Assembly (NCBI RefSeq): GCF_037042905.1
Contig: NC_087251.1
Coordinates: 12,154,001-12,218,000, forward strand
Source: Lytechinus pictus
Lineage: Eukaryota
Reading direction: 5' to 3'
DNA length: 64,000 bases
In this document: positions 1 to 11,760 of the stretch, piece by piece
How the letters are laid out: each line of letters begins with the position of its first letter
Numbering within the stretch: position 1 is the first letter of the stretch
The notes under the pieces: model-generated
Told to the model about the DNA's origin: nothing
The model's database searches: none
Seen by the model: only the letters and a program-made list of their open reading frames with translations
Translations under genes and position numbers: made by a program

Positions 1-309
1 AAATAAGTTGCAGCAATAAATATCTAATGCACTAAATCAATTGTCAATCCAATTTTTCTCGTTATTGGAGGAAAAAAATTGAACCTAATTTCATATAATA
101 AAATACAAAAGAACAAGTGGAGATGTGACATCATCAGCCCACCAAATGAATATTCATGACGACTGTTTTCACAAAATATTGCTAAACTTTAAAATTCAAT
201 AACTTTGTTATTTGTTATCCGATTTTGATGAAATTTTCGGCATTTTGCTCAGTGAATTCTACTCTATTTGTTAAGCTATAAATACTTTCAGCCCGGACCA
301 TCCCTTTAA
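1..309. mobile_element. Right part of a palindromic TTAA-AGG (T2/Kolobok-type) MITE, cut by the window start
   Basis: Ends in cagcccggaccatcccttTAA; near-identical to the 3' halves of the full copies at 18185..18751 and 62692..63281. Confidence 0.8.
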
Positions 310-1467
310 GCTTTCTAAAGGGAAGTATAAATAATGATCACTGCAAATGAAATTCTTGATTTACGAAATTCCAATGTATTACTATTATTTCCTCCACATT
401 TTCTCGTATATTTTTTTTTATTTTCTCTCCCTCCCCTTCCTCTTTCTGTTTCTTCTTTTTGGTGCTATATTACCCACGCGTATACGCCCCAGATATATTA
501 TTCATAATGTGCCAGAAAGGTTACGAAACTGGAAAAGAGGCAAAAGGGGCGAAATGAGCAGGGATAGAAAGAAAGGCAAAACAAATAAAGAAATGAAAAC
601 CAGGAGGGGTATAGTGAGAAACAAAAGATATAAAGGAGAAATTATATTTCACTAAAGATCCCATATTGATCTTAAAATTAGATGACTGAGAGGTAAATTA
701 GGGAGCACCAAACGGTACGTGGCGTATCTAACTTTTGTCCGGGTGAACTTCCGGTCCCCTTTAATTAATTCAGATTCCTTAACATTGAAAAAAAAAGAAT
801 GTTTTTTTTAATTCTTTTTTTAAATACATGAAAAATTAAAAATATAGGCTTACAATTAACTACATAAGAAGTTGATCACGTTTTGACATTCTTTTTTTAT
901 GTTTGTTAGAAATATCAAATTTATGTTTTTACCAAAAATTAGCATTCTACAAGCAATAATATTATGAGCGAACAGCAAAACATAATTATTTTCATACATA
1001 ATTTGCATCATTTATTTTGAAATATGAAGTTTTAACTTGTTGAAATTTTTCTAAACATTTGTAGTTTAAAAAACCTATAGGCCTATATGGGGTGCAAATT
1101 TTCGCCAAACAGTCTGGCAAACTGACACTAAACATGGTGTGAAAAAGCACAGTTAAAGAGGTCGATGCATACTGCGGACTGAAAAAAGTATAAAAATTCA
1201 CAAAATAGAATGATGAAAATTTCATCAAAATCTTATAATAAATAGCATAGTTTTGGCGTATGTGCCAGGTCTATGTAATACATGAAATATCGAGACATCA
1301 TTTCTCCTTTGTCAAAAGCTGTATGGATCCGCCCCTGAATAAGAATTCACTAAAGGCGGACGAACCCCCCCCCCCCCCCCCATTGCGATCGACATTGCCT
1401 GCAGAGCCGCGCATGCGCGCGCTGCCGAGGTTGTCTGTCCAAATCAATATTAAACGTATAGTCAATA

Positions 1468-1621
1468 GAACCAAATCCGCCGAGGAACCAAATCTGCAAA
1501 CATCAAGCCGCGTCAAACCCGGCGGATATGGTTCCGATTAAAAACGATATCGGCCATTTAGAACCATATCTGCCGGCGGATACGGTATCCGCCGGTGGAA
1601 CCAAATCCGCCGCTACACCGG
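1468..1621. repeat. Cluster of short inverted/direct GAACCA(A/T)ATCCGCCG subrepeats ending in CTACACCGG; probable MITE terminus
   Basis: gaaccaaatccgccg, cggcggatatggttc and gaaccatatctgccg recur in both orientations. Confidence 0.45.
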
Positions 1622-1799
1622 CGGACAATTTGAAGGTTGATTTTGGAGGGTCAATGTTTTATTCATGAGAATGACGTCAAAATACGCATAATGCACTTGT
1701 ATGATTGGATAAAACGCTAATGTTTTATTCATGTAGTCATGCATTAAACATTTTTTCCCTCCCACAATTCCCTACGATATCTGTGCGAAGTGTCGTTCT

Positions 1800-3880
1800 T
1801 TTGGACTCTGCGAATTCCAAGTTTCTGAAACGAAATAGCTAGACTAATTATCTGTTTATAGAATTGGTGTTCGAAATCATGGTTTCTGAGTGAACTTCAT
1901 TGGAGCAGAAAATCTTGGAGGGAACATCAATACTATTCTAATGACATTCCATACGAATAAACGTAAGTTACGCTCATTTTCATGTTTTGATCTCACTTGC
2001 AAATCATAATGTGTTTACCGGGGTTCGGGGCTCATCCTGTATTACGTATACTATGTAAACCTCAATTTCAATATTTCTTTTGCCTGACTTCCAAATAAGT
2101 CTGATCATTGAGTTTCTCAAAAATACTATATCTAGGGGTCTATAGTTTGTCGTAGATCTAGACATTCATCGGAATGCTTCATGTAGGTCCGAAGTAAACA
2201 TGTATTTCAGTTTTATTGTGATTAGACAATTATCAGGGGTAGATGTGGACTTGTTTCCGACCTCCTGTTTTTTAGTAACGACAAACTGCCGATTTTAGGC
2301 CTATTCAAATTTAGGTCAATGTAGGGTCAGAGCGGGATCCGGCCTTTGATATCGCCGGTGCTAGCCGGCTAGCGAGATTGTCGATGTAGTCATGGGGTAT
2401 AAAAATAGCGGGGACGGACTAGGCCCAAACTTCAAGCTTGAAAGTTGAAGTTTAGGCCTAGTCCGTCCCCGCTATTTCATCTTCATATGAATAAGAATAA
2501 TTCTCAGCAGTTTCTTTTATTCAGGAACTTTTTACTTCAGAACAATCAGTGTTGAAATACGATTGACCTAGCATTAGTGTCTGTTAAATTTTAGTGTTAA
2601 GTGTTAGTGTTACTAAGTCTTACATTTGAATTGAATGAAATGCGTAGCCTACCCTACTCCCTAGACCTAAATCAAGTCTATTTGAACAGGATACACTGGG
2701 CCTGGCCTGGGGTGGTAATTTGAAAACGTTCTTAGTGTTTACTTCATTCAAATGTGATGTGATTCTTAAGTTATACAGGCCCAGCATAGACCAGATCCAG
2801 ATTCAGCTATATACAGCTGTAGAAATATGTGGTTGGAATCATTTTACTTTTATAAACAGAGTGAGGTAGGCCTATGCCTCTATGTGATAGAGAATGAAGT
2901 TTCGGGTCCAGATAACTTTTTTGTTCTAGTTTGGAATATTCATACATAGACCTGGGATATGAGCAGCTAGAAATTTCAAAGATATTGTTAAAGAAGAGTA
3001 ATTTTGTTTATCTCTAAAACTCTCAAATTTAAATTGTCAATTGCAGATCCAATGGGACCAAGTTCTTAACAGTTCACACCTAGTCAGAAGTACAAAATTG
3101 AGAACCATGCCGATCAGCAAGTGTTAGTTACAATCTAATGAGGAACAGGATATCTGAATGGAAAAATTACAAGGTATGCTTACTGTTTTTATATTATACA
3201 GGCTGTATCTAAGCTCATCACCCCCCCCCCCAAAAAAAAAATAAAAAAAAAAATAATAATAATAATAATAAATATTCCCCCTTTTTGGGAGGGGGTGGGC
3301 TATGGCCAATTGTGCTGAAACATGATGCGATATCATGTAATGTTAAAGTTCCATTGTGAGTTAATATTTGTTTGAATTCAGATTCACCAGTATTTCCATT
3401 TTTAACACTGTATACTAATTATCCATATCTCCTGTCTATACATGCATTTGCATAAAAAAAACAAGATATTAACAGTTATCACAAAATTATGATAAATATT
3501 TGAATTAATTTGCACTCTATATTTTCAAAACATACTGTAGATAGTTATATTGATATATGAATTTATCTGGATGTGGGACGAAAGTAACTGCATGTGCTAA
3601 ACTTGTTTTACCACTGAAGAGTATAAAATAGAGTTTACATCTTTTTTTTTATAAACTGGACTAGATGAGTAAGAATAATTTACCGCTTATTTTGTTCTTT
3701 TCTCTTTTTTACCATGCAGGTTTCCCACTTCCCAAGCTGTTTAAGTACTGGTATCACAACATAAGTGCCAAGAAGAGATATGAAGGCCAAGTTAATAAAA
3801 AGTAGTTACTTCATTGTAATAACACATTAAAAATGAATTAATTTGAAATAAATATATTAATAAAGCATTGAATGTTACTT
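1800..3880 (+). ncRNA. Candidate three-exon non-coding transcript (exon ending 1962; 3047..3173; 3720..~3880); 5' end approximate
   Basis: Donor C|GTAAGT at 1963, acceptor TTGCAG| at 3046, donor AAG|GTATGC at 3174, long polypyrimidine tract plus CAG| at 3719, and AATAAA at 3794 with further copies near 3847 and 3859. Only a very short ORF when spliced. Confidence 0.3.
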
Positions 3881-3928
3881 AAATTACACATCTGTAGAAA
3901 AGAATGCGGTACAAGTTCAGGTTCATCA

Positions 3929-4052
3929 CAGGGGCCTCGGAACGGTTTTCAAAGTGTCACAATCGTATGGTAATTTTTACGTTTTTGTACATGGTTTTGG
4001 AAAAAAGTGGGGGGCTGAAGCCCGCCCCCCCCCCCCACTTCCGCGGCCCCTG
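3929..4052. mobile_element. Short MITE with CAGGGGCC(G)CGGAA...TTCCGCGGCCCCTG TIRs
   Basis: TIRs visible and flanked on both sides by CATCA; a related copy lies at 51234..51342. Confidence 0.65.
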
Positions 4053-4895
4053 CATCACCGGGCAATGTCATTGAAGTATACAAGTTTTGGTACAAAATTT
4101 CACACAAAATACAAGTAAGAAATATTTTTCCAACGGGCAAATGTATCACCTTTTATTGATATTTTGTACTTCTTCTAGTTCTTAGTAGTTTTCATGAAAA
4201 TAAATATTTTTTTCCAGTTTAAAGGCCTATTCAATATCAGAATAGGTCTTCCTTTGGTGATATACTTAGGGTTGTAAGACAAAAAATATTGTATTTTGAA
4301 ATAAAAATCATGCATAGCTAAATGATAATAAAAGGTGATCAGAAGATTAAGAAATAATGTTAGTAGCACTCCTGGACCTCATTTCATAAACAAGTTATTA
4401 TTATTGCAATCTTGTCATTATGACAATTATGGTAAAAGGGCTGAGCAAGAAATTAAGGTTTTTATGTTACCTAAAACAGGCTGGGGGCAAAGTTACCATG
4501 ATTACAAGTCTTCAGTGGCGTAACTATGGGGCGGGGCACGTGCCCCCCCCCCCCCTCCCATCAGCTGACAAAAAACAACGAGGAAAAGGGGAGAGGAAGA
4601 GAAACGTAGTGGGAAAGAAGAAATTATTGTTCATTATAATGTTATATTATATTATGATTATGTTATGTTATATTACATAAGAAACATTTTTTTTTTATAA
4701 CTTTATGAAACATAATTTGCTCATGGCCTATGTCTTCAATGTTCTTGGTGCGTGCACTGTCTGTTTAACAAGATATATAATCCTGTTGTACTAAAACCTC
4801 CCGTTTTCAAGTCAATATATACCAAATATATTTCGTCGCACTTCGAGTTATTGTTTTATGTGAAATAGTAGTTAAGGGATAGACCTCATCCTAAT

Positions 4896-5442
4896 TGACC
4901 TTTGACCCATGACCTTTGACCTTTGACCGCATGACCTTTGACCCCAACTTCCGGTCACTGTGGACCCCGTGACCCCACCTTCCGGTCAATCATGACCTTT
5001 GACCTTTGGGTACGCGGTAAACAGGAAATTGGATAATGAAGCGCGGGAAGCGATTTTAATTGGATAATGGAGCGCGGGAAGCGATTTTAATTGGATAATG
5101 GAGCGCGGGAAGCGATTTTAATTGGATAATGGAGCGCGGGAAGCGATTTTAATTGGATAATGGAGCGCGGGAAGCGATTTTAATTGGATAATGAAGCGCG
5201 GGACACGATTTTAATTGGATAATGACTCCGCGTGGGGACGCCATCTTAATTGGATAATGAAACGCGGGACGCGATTTTAATTGGATAATGACTCCGCGTG
5301 GGGACGCCATCTTAATTGGATAATGAAGCGCGGGACGCGATTTTAATTGGATAATGACTCCGCGTGGGGACGCCACGCTTCAACCCGGAAATGATGGGGG
5401 TGAATCTTAAAGAAAGAGTAAAAAGCAGCGCGTGCTATAAAA
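4896..5442 (+). promoter_or_regulatory. Motif-dense terminal region of the Polinton-like TIR; putative inward-facing promoter/origin
   Basis: TGACCTTTGACC nuclear-receptor DR1-like motifs at 4896, 4910, 4932, 4993; ETS-like CTTCCGGT at ~4948 and ~4979; repeated ATTGG; YY1-like CGCCATCTT at 5239 and 5305; TATAAAA at 5436. Confidence 0.5.
5027..5375. repeat. TIR-internal tandem arrays: 31-bp units (AATTGGATAATGGAGCGCGGGAAGCGATTTT) followed by 66-bp compound units
   Basis: Directly visible; copy number differs between the left end and each right-end copy. Confidence 0.9.
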
Positions 5443-5658
5443 CCCGCCAACTTGGACACCCGGCACATTCTGGACCTCGGACTAACCAGAACAGCTCTGC
5501 CTCAGGAACACCAATTTATCTACATGCCATGTTGATAACCGTGTGGATGTTGTTTGCGTTTTGGAAAGCGCCCATGTGTGGTTTCGAATATTGGAATCAT
5601 ATCGAAAAGGTGTTTGAAGAGTGGAAGGCGAAAAGAGAATCGCCAACTATTGACAATC

Positions 5659-5860
5659 ATGAGTCAAGCAAGGTGGACCGCCGAGGACGAGGCGACGTTC
5701 CGCCTCCTTCAGGAGCGCAGGAGGAGAGCAACGGAGCGGCAAAGGCAGGCCAGAGCAGAGGTGGTGGAGAGGATGCGGGAAGAGAACATCGAGGATGAAG
5801 AACGGGACGCGAGGTCTGATATGGACGCGATGGAGGGACATGATGGGGATGAAAATCGAG
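5659..5860 (+). CDS. Putative first coding exon of a small charged coiled-coil protein (MSQARWTAEDEATFRLLQERRRR...); mirrored copies at 10928..11129 (-) and 12757..12958 (-)
   Basis: ATG at 5659 downstream of the TATA box, E/R-rich helical sequence, ends at a strong donor GAG|GTAAGC at 5861. Downstream exon not identified. Confidence 0.45.
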
Positions 5861-7354
5861 GTAAGCGTTTGCTATCCTTATTAGTGAAGGGGAGAAATTA
5901 GAAATTCGAGGTATAGTAGTCATTTTGACCCCAACGCGAATTTAATTAAACACGGGCGGGGTCCGCGTGAAATAGTCATGACGATCAATTACTATATAAT
6001 CACACGCAAAAAGTTTTTGAACCAGTAATACGTCGTATCACGAAGCAAAGACCCTATTATTCATTTTGGTTGTTTCCATTTTATCAACGATGTTGGTCAC
6101 GGTGTGGATAGTATTCGCATGGTGGAGGGAGCCATATATCGGAACCCCCTATTGGACGCGGTTGGGGGAAACGTGGGTGTCAGTGAGCGAAGAACTGAGA
6201 AGGGAAGATGACGCCGCTGATTTGGTATTTGACGGGAAATAAAACTTGTAGGTTCGAGGAAAAATCCGAATCTCACCGATAATTGTGTTTTAACCACCGA
6301 TCGGAAAATTAAAAGGTAAGAATCTTTTACAAACTCTAGGCTTATGCTCTCGTATTAGTGTAAACGATAAATTCACATACGATGTACAAAACAGACGTAT
6401 GATTTCTGCAGAGTTTCCTATTGAAAAAGGGATATTTTTCCGCCTACCGGCGGATATGCCAAGCGTCTTGCATGACGTCACCGGCTACGCAAGCACCGTG
6501 ATGTCATATCCCAGGGAATTACCCTTTACCCGGTATTGCACCACCGTGGCGCAATCGCAACGTATAGGATACGATGCACGAAACAGACGTATGATTTCTA
6601 CACAGTTTCCTATTGAAAAAGTTATCTTTCTCCGCCTACCAGCAGATATTTCAAATGCCTCGCTGTTCACGAATCGATCACCCCATGCACGGCCAACGCG
6701 TCATTGAACTTGGGATATCCTATTCAAGGTGAAAGCCGGCTCTCTCTGTCTCGTATTACAACAATTATCGGTAATCCAACATGTGATTATAATCCTGATA
6801 ACAGCGACATCTCAAGCTCTATTCATTCCAGACTTTCCCCCATCAAAACTCTCTGACTTTTCCATACTGTTTTGTACATACTTCCATACTTTTCATTTTA
6901 ACTCACATGACCTGCACGGCTCTCTGACTCGCAAAAGTATACTATATTGAAACCCGTAGACGATCCCTTTTCAATCAACTTCATTCATCCGCAGTACAGA
7001 TGGTGATAACATGAAACACTATACAGTCAAGGATGATTCTTTATTATTACTATCATTTATTCTATTCCATTTCAATGTAGATAGGTTCAGATAGTGTATA
7101 AACAGCAGATTTTGATACAAAGGTAAAAATAATGTAAGATATGTTCTCAAATTACGTTGTCACAACAAAATAATTAACTGTTCATTGTTAATATTAAAGT
7201 GAAGTTCTCGTTTTTCTATTTCTTCGCTTAACTTAATGGATTGTAACACATGTCTATGGATGGCATTCAGAAAATATGAACACAATGAAGTTCAAACTGT
7301 CATTTATGTTGACGGCGTTTTCTTGGATTATTCGACAAGCTGATGTTTGTGCCT

Positions 7355-8005
7355 TTAGTTGTAGGTTCCATCTTCACCCTCCGTTTCTTCTCCACCATCA
7401 TCATTATCGTCATCGTCACCTTGATACTGGAATAAACCATCGAATTGTGAACCATGCCTGGCTAACACTCTCTGTACGGCTTTCCGGAATTCCATGCCAT
7501 TCTCTAATCTTCCCGTGAGATCGGACACGATTTCACGATTGATGTCAGCGTCTTCGAGGTACACGTTCTGCTGCAAGAACTGAGAGTACAGATCGAAAAA
7601 GATGCGTTTGACTGCCCACATTAGTTTCACGTGAGCCTTTGCTTTAGCGTCTTCTTCTTCCATTCCTTCTGAGATGTATTTCTGATATTTTTCGTCTCTC
7701 AAGTCCTTGGTGGCCGTCATGGCTTGCTCTAACCATCCTCGATAAGCGAGGTTGTCTTCAGTTTCTTCCATGTTTGCTGTCATTGACGATTCGTGTCCAT
7801 CGCTTTCTGATACGCTCGTTTCGGAATCACCGTTGGATTCTTCAACTCTTTGCATTTGAGAGGATGTGTCGGATTCTTCATCTTCACTCGTTTCTTCTCC
7901 AGTATCATGCTCAATTTGTTCATGCCTCTGCATGTTATATTTCCTACTAAAAGTTTTATCGCATCGTGAACAAGCGTAACGGTTGGACATATCCAATGTA
8001 TTCAT
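7355..8005 (-). CDS. C2H2 zinc-finger protein with acidic linker and helical C-terminal domain (copy 1)
   Basis: YACSRCDKTFSRKYNMQRHEQIEH matches C-x2-C-x3-F-x8-H-x4-H. Intact frame; first ATG at 8005 (alternative 7990), since the ORF track starts at a TTG. Confidence 0.75.
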   Translation of the reverse strand: MNTLDMSNRYACSRCDKTFSRKYNMQRHEQIEHDTGEETSEDEESDTSSQMQRVEESNGDSETSVSESDGHESSMTANMEETEDNLAYRGWLEQAMTATKDLRDEKYQKYISEGMEEEDAKAKAHVKLMWAVKRIFFDLYSQFLQQNVYLEDADINREIVSDLTGRLENGMEFRKAVQRVLARHGSQFDGLFQYQGDDDDNDDGGEETEGEDGTYN

Positions 8006-8098
8006 GCTGACTCGATGATTATTTGTTGGGAAATGAAGAAAATTAACGTTCAAACTTGTAATTATACGTTATCATGAAACGCGCGCGAAGGTACTTTG

Positions 8099-8556
8099 AT
8101 TCTTACGGATGTTTACTCATTCTTACGGATTTTTACGGATTCTTACGGATTCTTACTCATTCTTACTCATTCTTACTCATTCTTACGGATTTTTTACGGA
8201 TTCTTACGGATGTTTACGGATTCTTACGGATTCTTACTCATTCTTACGGATTTTTTACGGATTCTTACGGATGTTTACGGATTCTTACGGATTCTTGCGG
8301 ATTTTTACGGATTCTTACGGATGTTTGCGGATTCTTGCGGATTCTTACGGATTTTTGCGGATTCTTACGGATGTTTACGGATTTTTACGGATTTTTACCG
8401 ATTCTTACGGATTCTTACGGATTTTTACGGATTTTTGCGGATTCTTACGGATTCTTACGGATTATAGCTTACGTATTTTTACGGATTTTTACGGATTCTT
8501 ACGGATTTTTACGGATTCTTACGGATTTTTACGGATTCTTACGGATTCTTGCGGAT
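8099..8556 (+). repeat. Decamer minisatellite (ATTCTTACGG and variants) at the palindrome centre; short inverted block at 8627..8691
   Basis: Directly visible tandem 10-mers with ATTTTTACGG, ATGTTTACGG, ATTCTTGCGG and ATTCTTACTC variants. Confidence 0.95.
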
Positions 8557-8783
8557 TCCCATGCTGCATGGGTCATTCCAATGTGGATGAACATATTTTC
8601 CTTGACATTATATGAAAGCATTGATTAATCCGTAAACATCCGTAAGAATCCGTAAAAAATCCGTAAGAATGAGTAAACATCCGTAAGAATCAAAGTACCT
8701 TCGCGCGCGTTTCATGATAACGTATAATTACAAGTTTGAACGTTAATTTTCTTCATTTCCCAACAAATAATCATCGAGTCAGC

Positions 8784-9434
8784 ATGAATACATTGGATAT
8801 GTCCAACCGTTACGCTTGTTCACGATGCGATAAAACTTTTAGTAGGAAATATAACATGCAGAGGCATGAACAAATTGAGCATGATACTGGAGAAGAAACG
8901 AGTGAAGATGAAGAATCCGACACATCCTCTCAAATGCAAAGAGTTGAAGAATCCAACGGTGATTCCGAAACGAGCGTATCAGAAAGCGATGGACACGAAT
9001 CGTCAATGACAGCAAACATGGAAGAAACTGAAGACAACCTCGCTTATCGAGGATGGTTAGAGCAAGCCATGACGGCCACCAAGGACTTGAGAGACGAAAA
9101 ATATCAGAAATACATCTCAGAAGGAATGGAAGAAGAAGACGCTAAAGCAAAGGCTCACGTGAAACTAATGTGGGCAGTCAAACGCATCTTTTTCGATCTG
9201 TACTCTCAGTTCTTGCAGCAGAACGTGTACCTCGAAGACGCTGACATCAATCGTGAAATCGTGTCCGATCTCACGGGAAGATTAGAGAATGGCATGGAAT
9301 TCCGGAAAGCCGTACAGAGAGTGTTAGCCAGGCATGGTTCACAATTCGATGGTTTATTCCAGTATCAAGGTGACGATGACGATAATGATGATGGTGGAGA
9401 AGAAACGGAGGGTGAAGATGGAACCTACAACTAA
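8784..9434 (+). CDS. C2H2 zinc-finger protein (copy 2, translation identical to copy 1)
   Basis: Same protein as 7355..8005; ATG at 8784 (alternative 8799), stop at 9434, AATAAA at 9728 and 9744. Confidence 0.75.
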   Translation: MNTLDMSNRYACSRCDKTFSRKYNMQRHEQIEHDTGEETSEDEESDTSSQMQRVEESNGDSETSVSESDGHESSMTANMEETEDNLAYRGWLEQAMTATKDLRDEKYQKYISEGMEEEDAKAKAHVKLMWAVKRIFFDLYSQFLQQNVYLEDADINREIVSDLTGRLENGMEFRKAVQRVLARHGSQFDGLFQYQGDDDDNDDGGEETEGEDGTYN

Positions 9435-11760
9435 AGGCACAAACATCAGCTTGTCGAATAATCCAAGAAAACGCCGTCAACATAAATGACAGTTTGAACT
9501 TCATTGTGTTCATATTTTCTGAATGCCATCCATAGACATGTGTTACAATCCATTAAGTTAAGCGAAGAAATAGAAAAACGAGAACTTCACTTTAATATTA
9601 ACAATGAACAGTTAATTATTTTGTTGTGACAACGTAATTTGAGAACATATCTTACATTATTTTTACCTTTGTATCAAAATCTGCTGTTTATACACTATCT
9701 GAACCTATCTACATTGAAATGGAATAGAATAAATGATAGTAATAATAAAGAATCATCCTTGACTGTATAGTGTTTCATGTTATCACCATCTGTACTGCGG
9801 ATGAATGAAGTTGATTGAAAGGAGTCGTCTACGGGTTTCAATATAGTATACTTTTGCGAGTCAGAGAGCCGTGCAGGTCATGTGAGTTAAAATGAAAAGT
9901 ATGGAAGTATGTACAAAACAGTATGGAAAAGTCAGAGAGTTTTGATGGGGGAAAGTCTGGAATGAATAGAGCTTGAGATGTCGCTGTTATCAGGATTATA
10001 ATCACATGTTGGATTACCGATAATTGTTGTAATACGAGACAGAGAGAGCCGGCTTTCACCTTGAATAGGATATCCCAAGTTCAATGACGCGTTGGCCGTG
10101 CATGGGGTGATCGATTCGTGAACAGCGAGGCATTTGAAATATCTGCTGGTAGGCGGAGAAAGATAACTTTTTCAATAGGAAACTGTGTAGAAATCATACG
10201 TCTGTTTCGTGCATCGTATCCTATACGTTGCGATTGCGCCACGGTGGTGCAATACCGGGTAAAGGGTAATTCCCTGGGATATGACATCACGGTGCTTGCG
10301 TAGCCGGTGACGTCATGCGAGACGCTTGGCATATCCGCCGGTAGGCGGAAAAATATCCCTTTTTCAATAGGAAACTCTGCAGAAATCATACGTCTGTTTT
10401 GTACATCGTATGTGAATTTATCGTTTACACTAATACGAGAGCATAAGCCTAGAGTTTGTAAAAGATTCTTACCTTTTAATTTTCCGATCGGTGGTTAAAA
10501 CACAATTATCGGTGAGATTCGGATTTTTCCTCGAACCTACAAGTTTTATTTCCCGTCAAATACCAAATCAGCGGCGTCATCTTCCCTTCTCAGTTCTTCG
10601 CTCACTGACACCCACGTTTCCCCCAACCGCGTCCAATAGGGGGTTCCGATATATGGCTCCCTCCACCATGCGAATACTATCCACACCGTGACCAACATCG
10701 TTGATAAAATGGAAACAACCAAAATGAATAATAGGGTCTTTGCTTCGTGATACGACGTATTACTGGTTCAAAAACTTTTTGCGTGTGATTATATAGTAAT
10801 TGATCGTCATGACTATTTCACGCGGACCCCGCCCGTGTTTAATTAAATTCGCGTTGGGGTCAAAATGACTACTATACCTCGAATTTCTAATTTCTCCCCT
10901 TCACTAATAAGGATAGCAAACGCTTACCTCGATTTTCATCCCCATCATGTCCCTCCATCGCGTCCATATCAGACCTCGCGTCCCGTTCTTCATCCTCGAT
11001 GTTCTCTTCCCGCATCCTCTCCACCACCTCTGCTCTGGCCTGCCTTTGCCGCTCCGTTGCTCTCCTCCTGCGCTCCTGAAGGAGGCGGAACGTCGCCTCG
11101 TCCTCGGCGGTCCACCTTGCTTGACTCATGATTGTCAATAGTTGGCGATTCTCTTTTCGCCTTCCACTCTTCAAACACCTTTTCGATATGATTCCAATAT
11201 TCGAAACCACACATGGGCGCTTTCCAAAACGCAAACAACATCCACACGGTTATCAACATGGCATGTAGATAAATTGGTGTTCCTGAGGCAGAGCTGTTCT
11301 GGTTAGTCCGAGGTCCAGAATGCGCCGGGTGTCCAAGTTGGCGGGTTTTATAGCACGCGCTGCTTTTTACTCTTTCTTTAAGATTCACCCCCATCATTTC
11401 CGGGTTGAAGCGTGGCGTCCCCACGCCGACCCTCATTATCCAATTAAAATCGCGTCCCGCGTTCCATTATCCAATTAAGATGGCGTCCCCACGCGGAGTC
11501 ATTATCCAATTAAAATCGCGTCCCGCGCTTCATTATCCAATTAAGATGGCGTCCCCACGCGGAGTCATTATCCAATTAAAATCGCTTCCCGCGCTCCATT
11601 ATCCAATTTCCTGTTTACCGCGTACCCAAAGGTCAAAGGTCATGATTGACCGGAAGGTGGGGTCACGGGGTCAACAGTGACCGGAAGTTGGGGTCAAAGG
11701 TCATGCGGTCAAAGGTCATGGGTCAAAGGTCAATTAGGATGAGGTCTATCCCTTAACTAC

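Noticed and set aside
5027..5375. CRISPR-like appearance of regularly spaced 31-35-bp repeats
   Set aside because: No unique spacers, no cas genes and a eukaryotic context; these are tandem repeats within a TIR.
8074..8628. Overlapping ORFs rich in LRILTD / YGF
   Set aside because: Translations of a stop-poor decamer minisatellite, open in all three frames.
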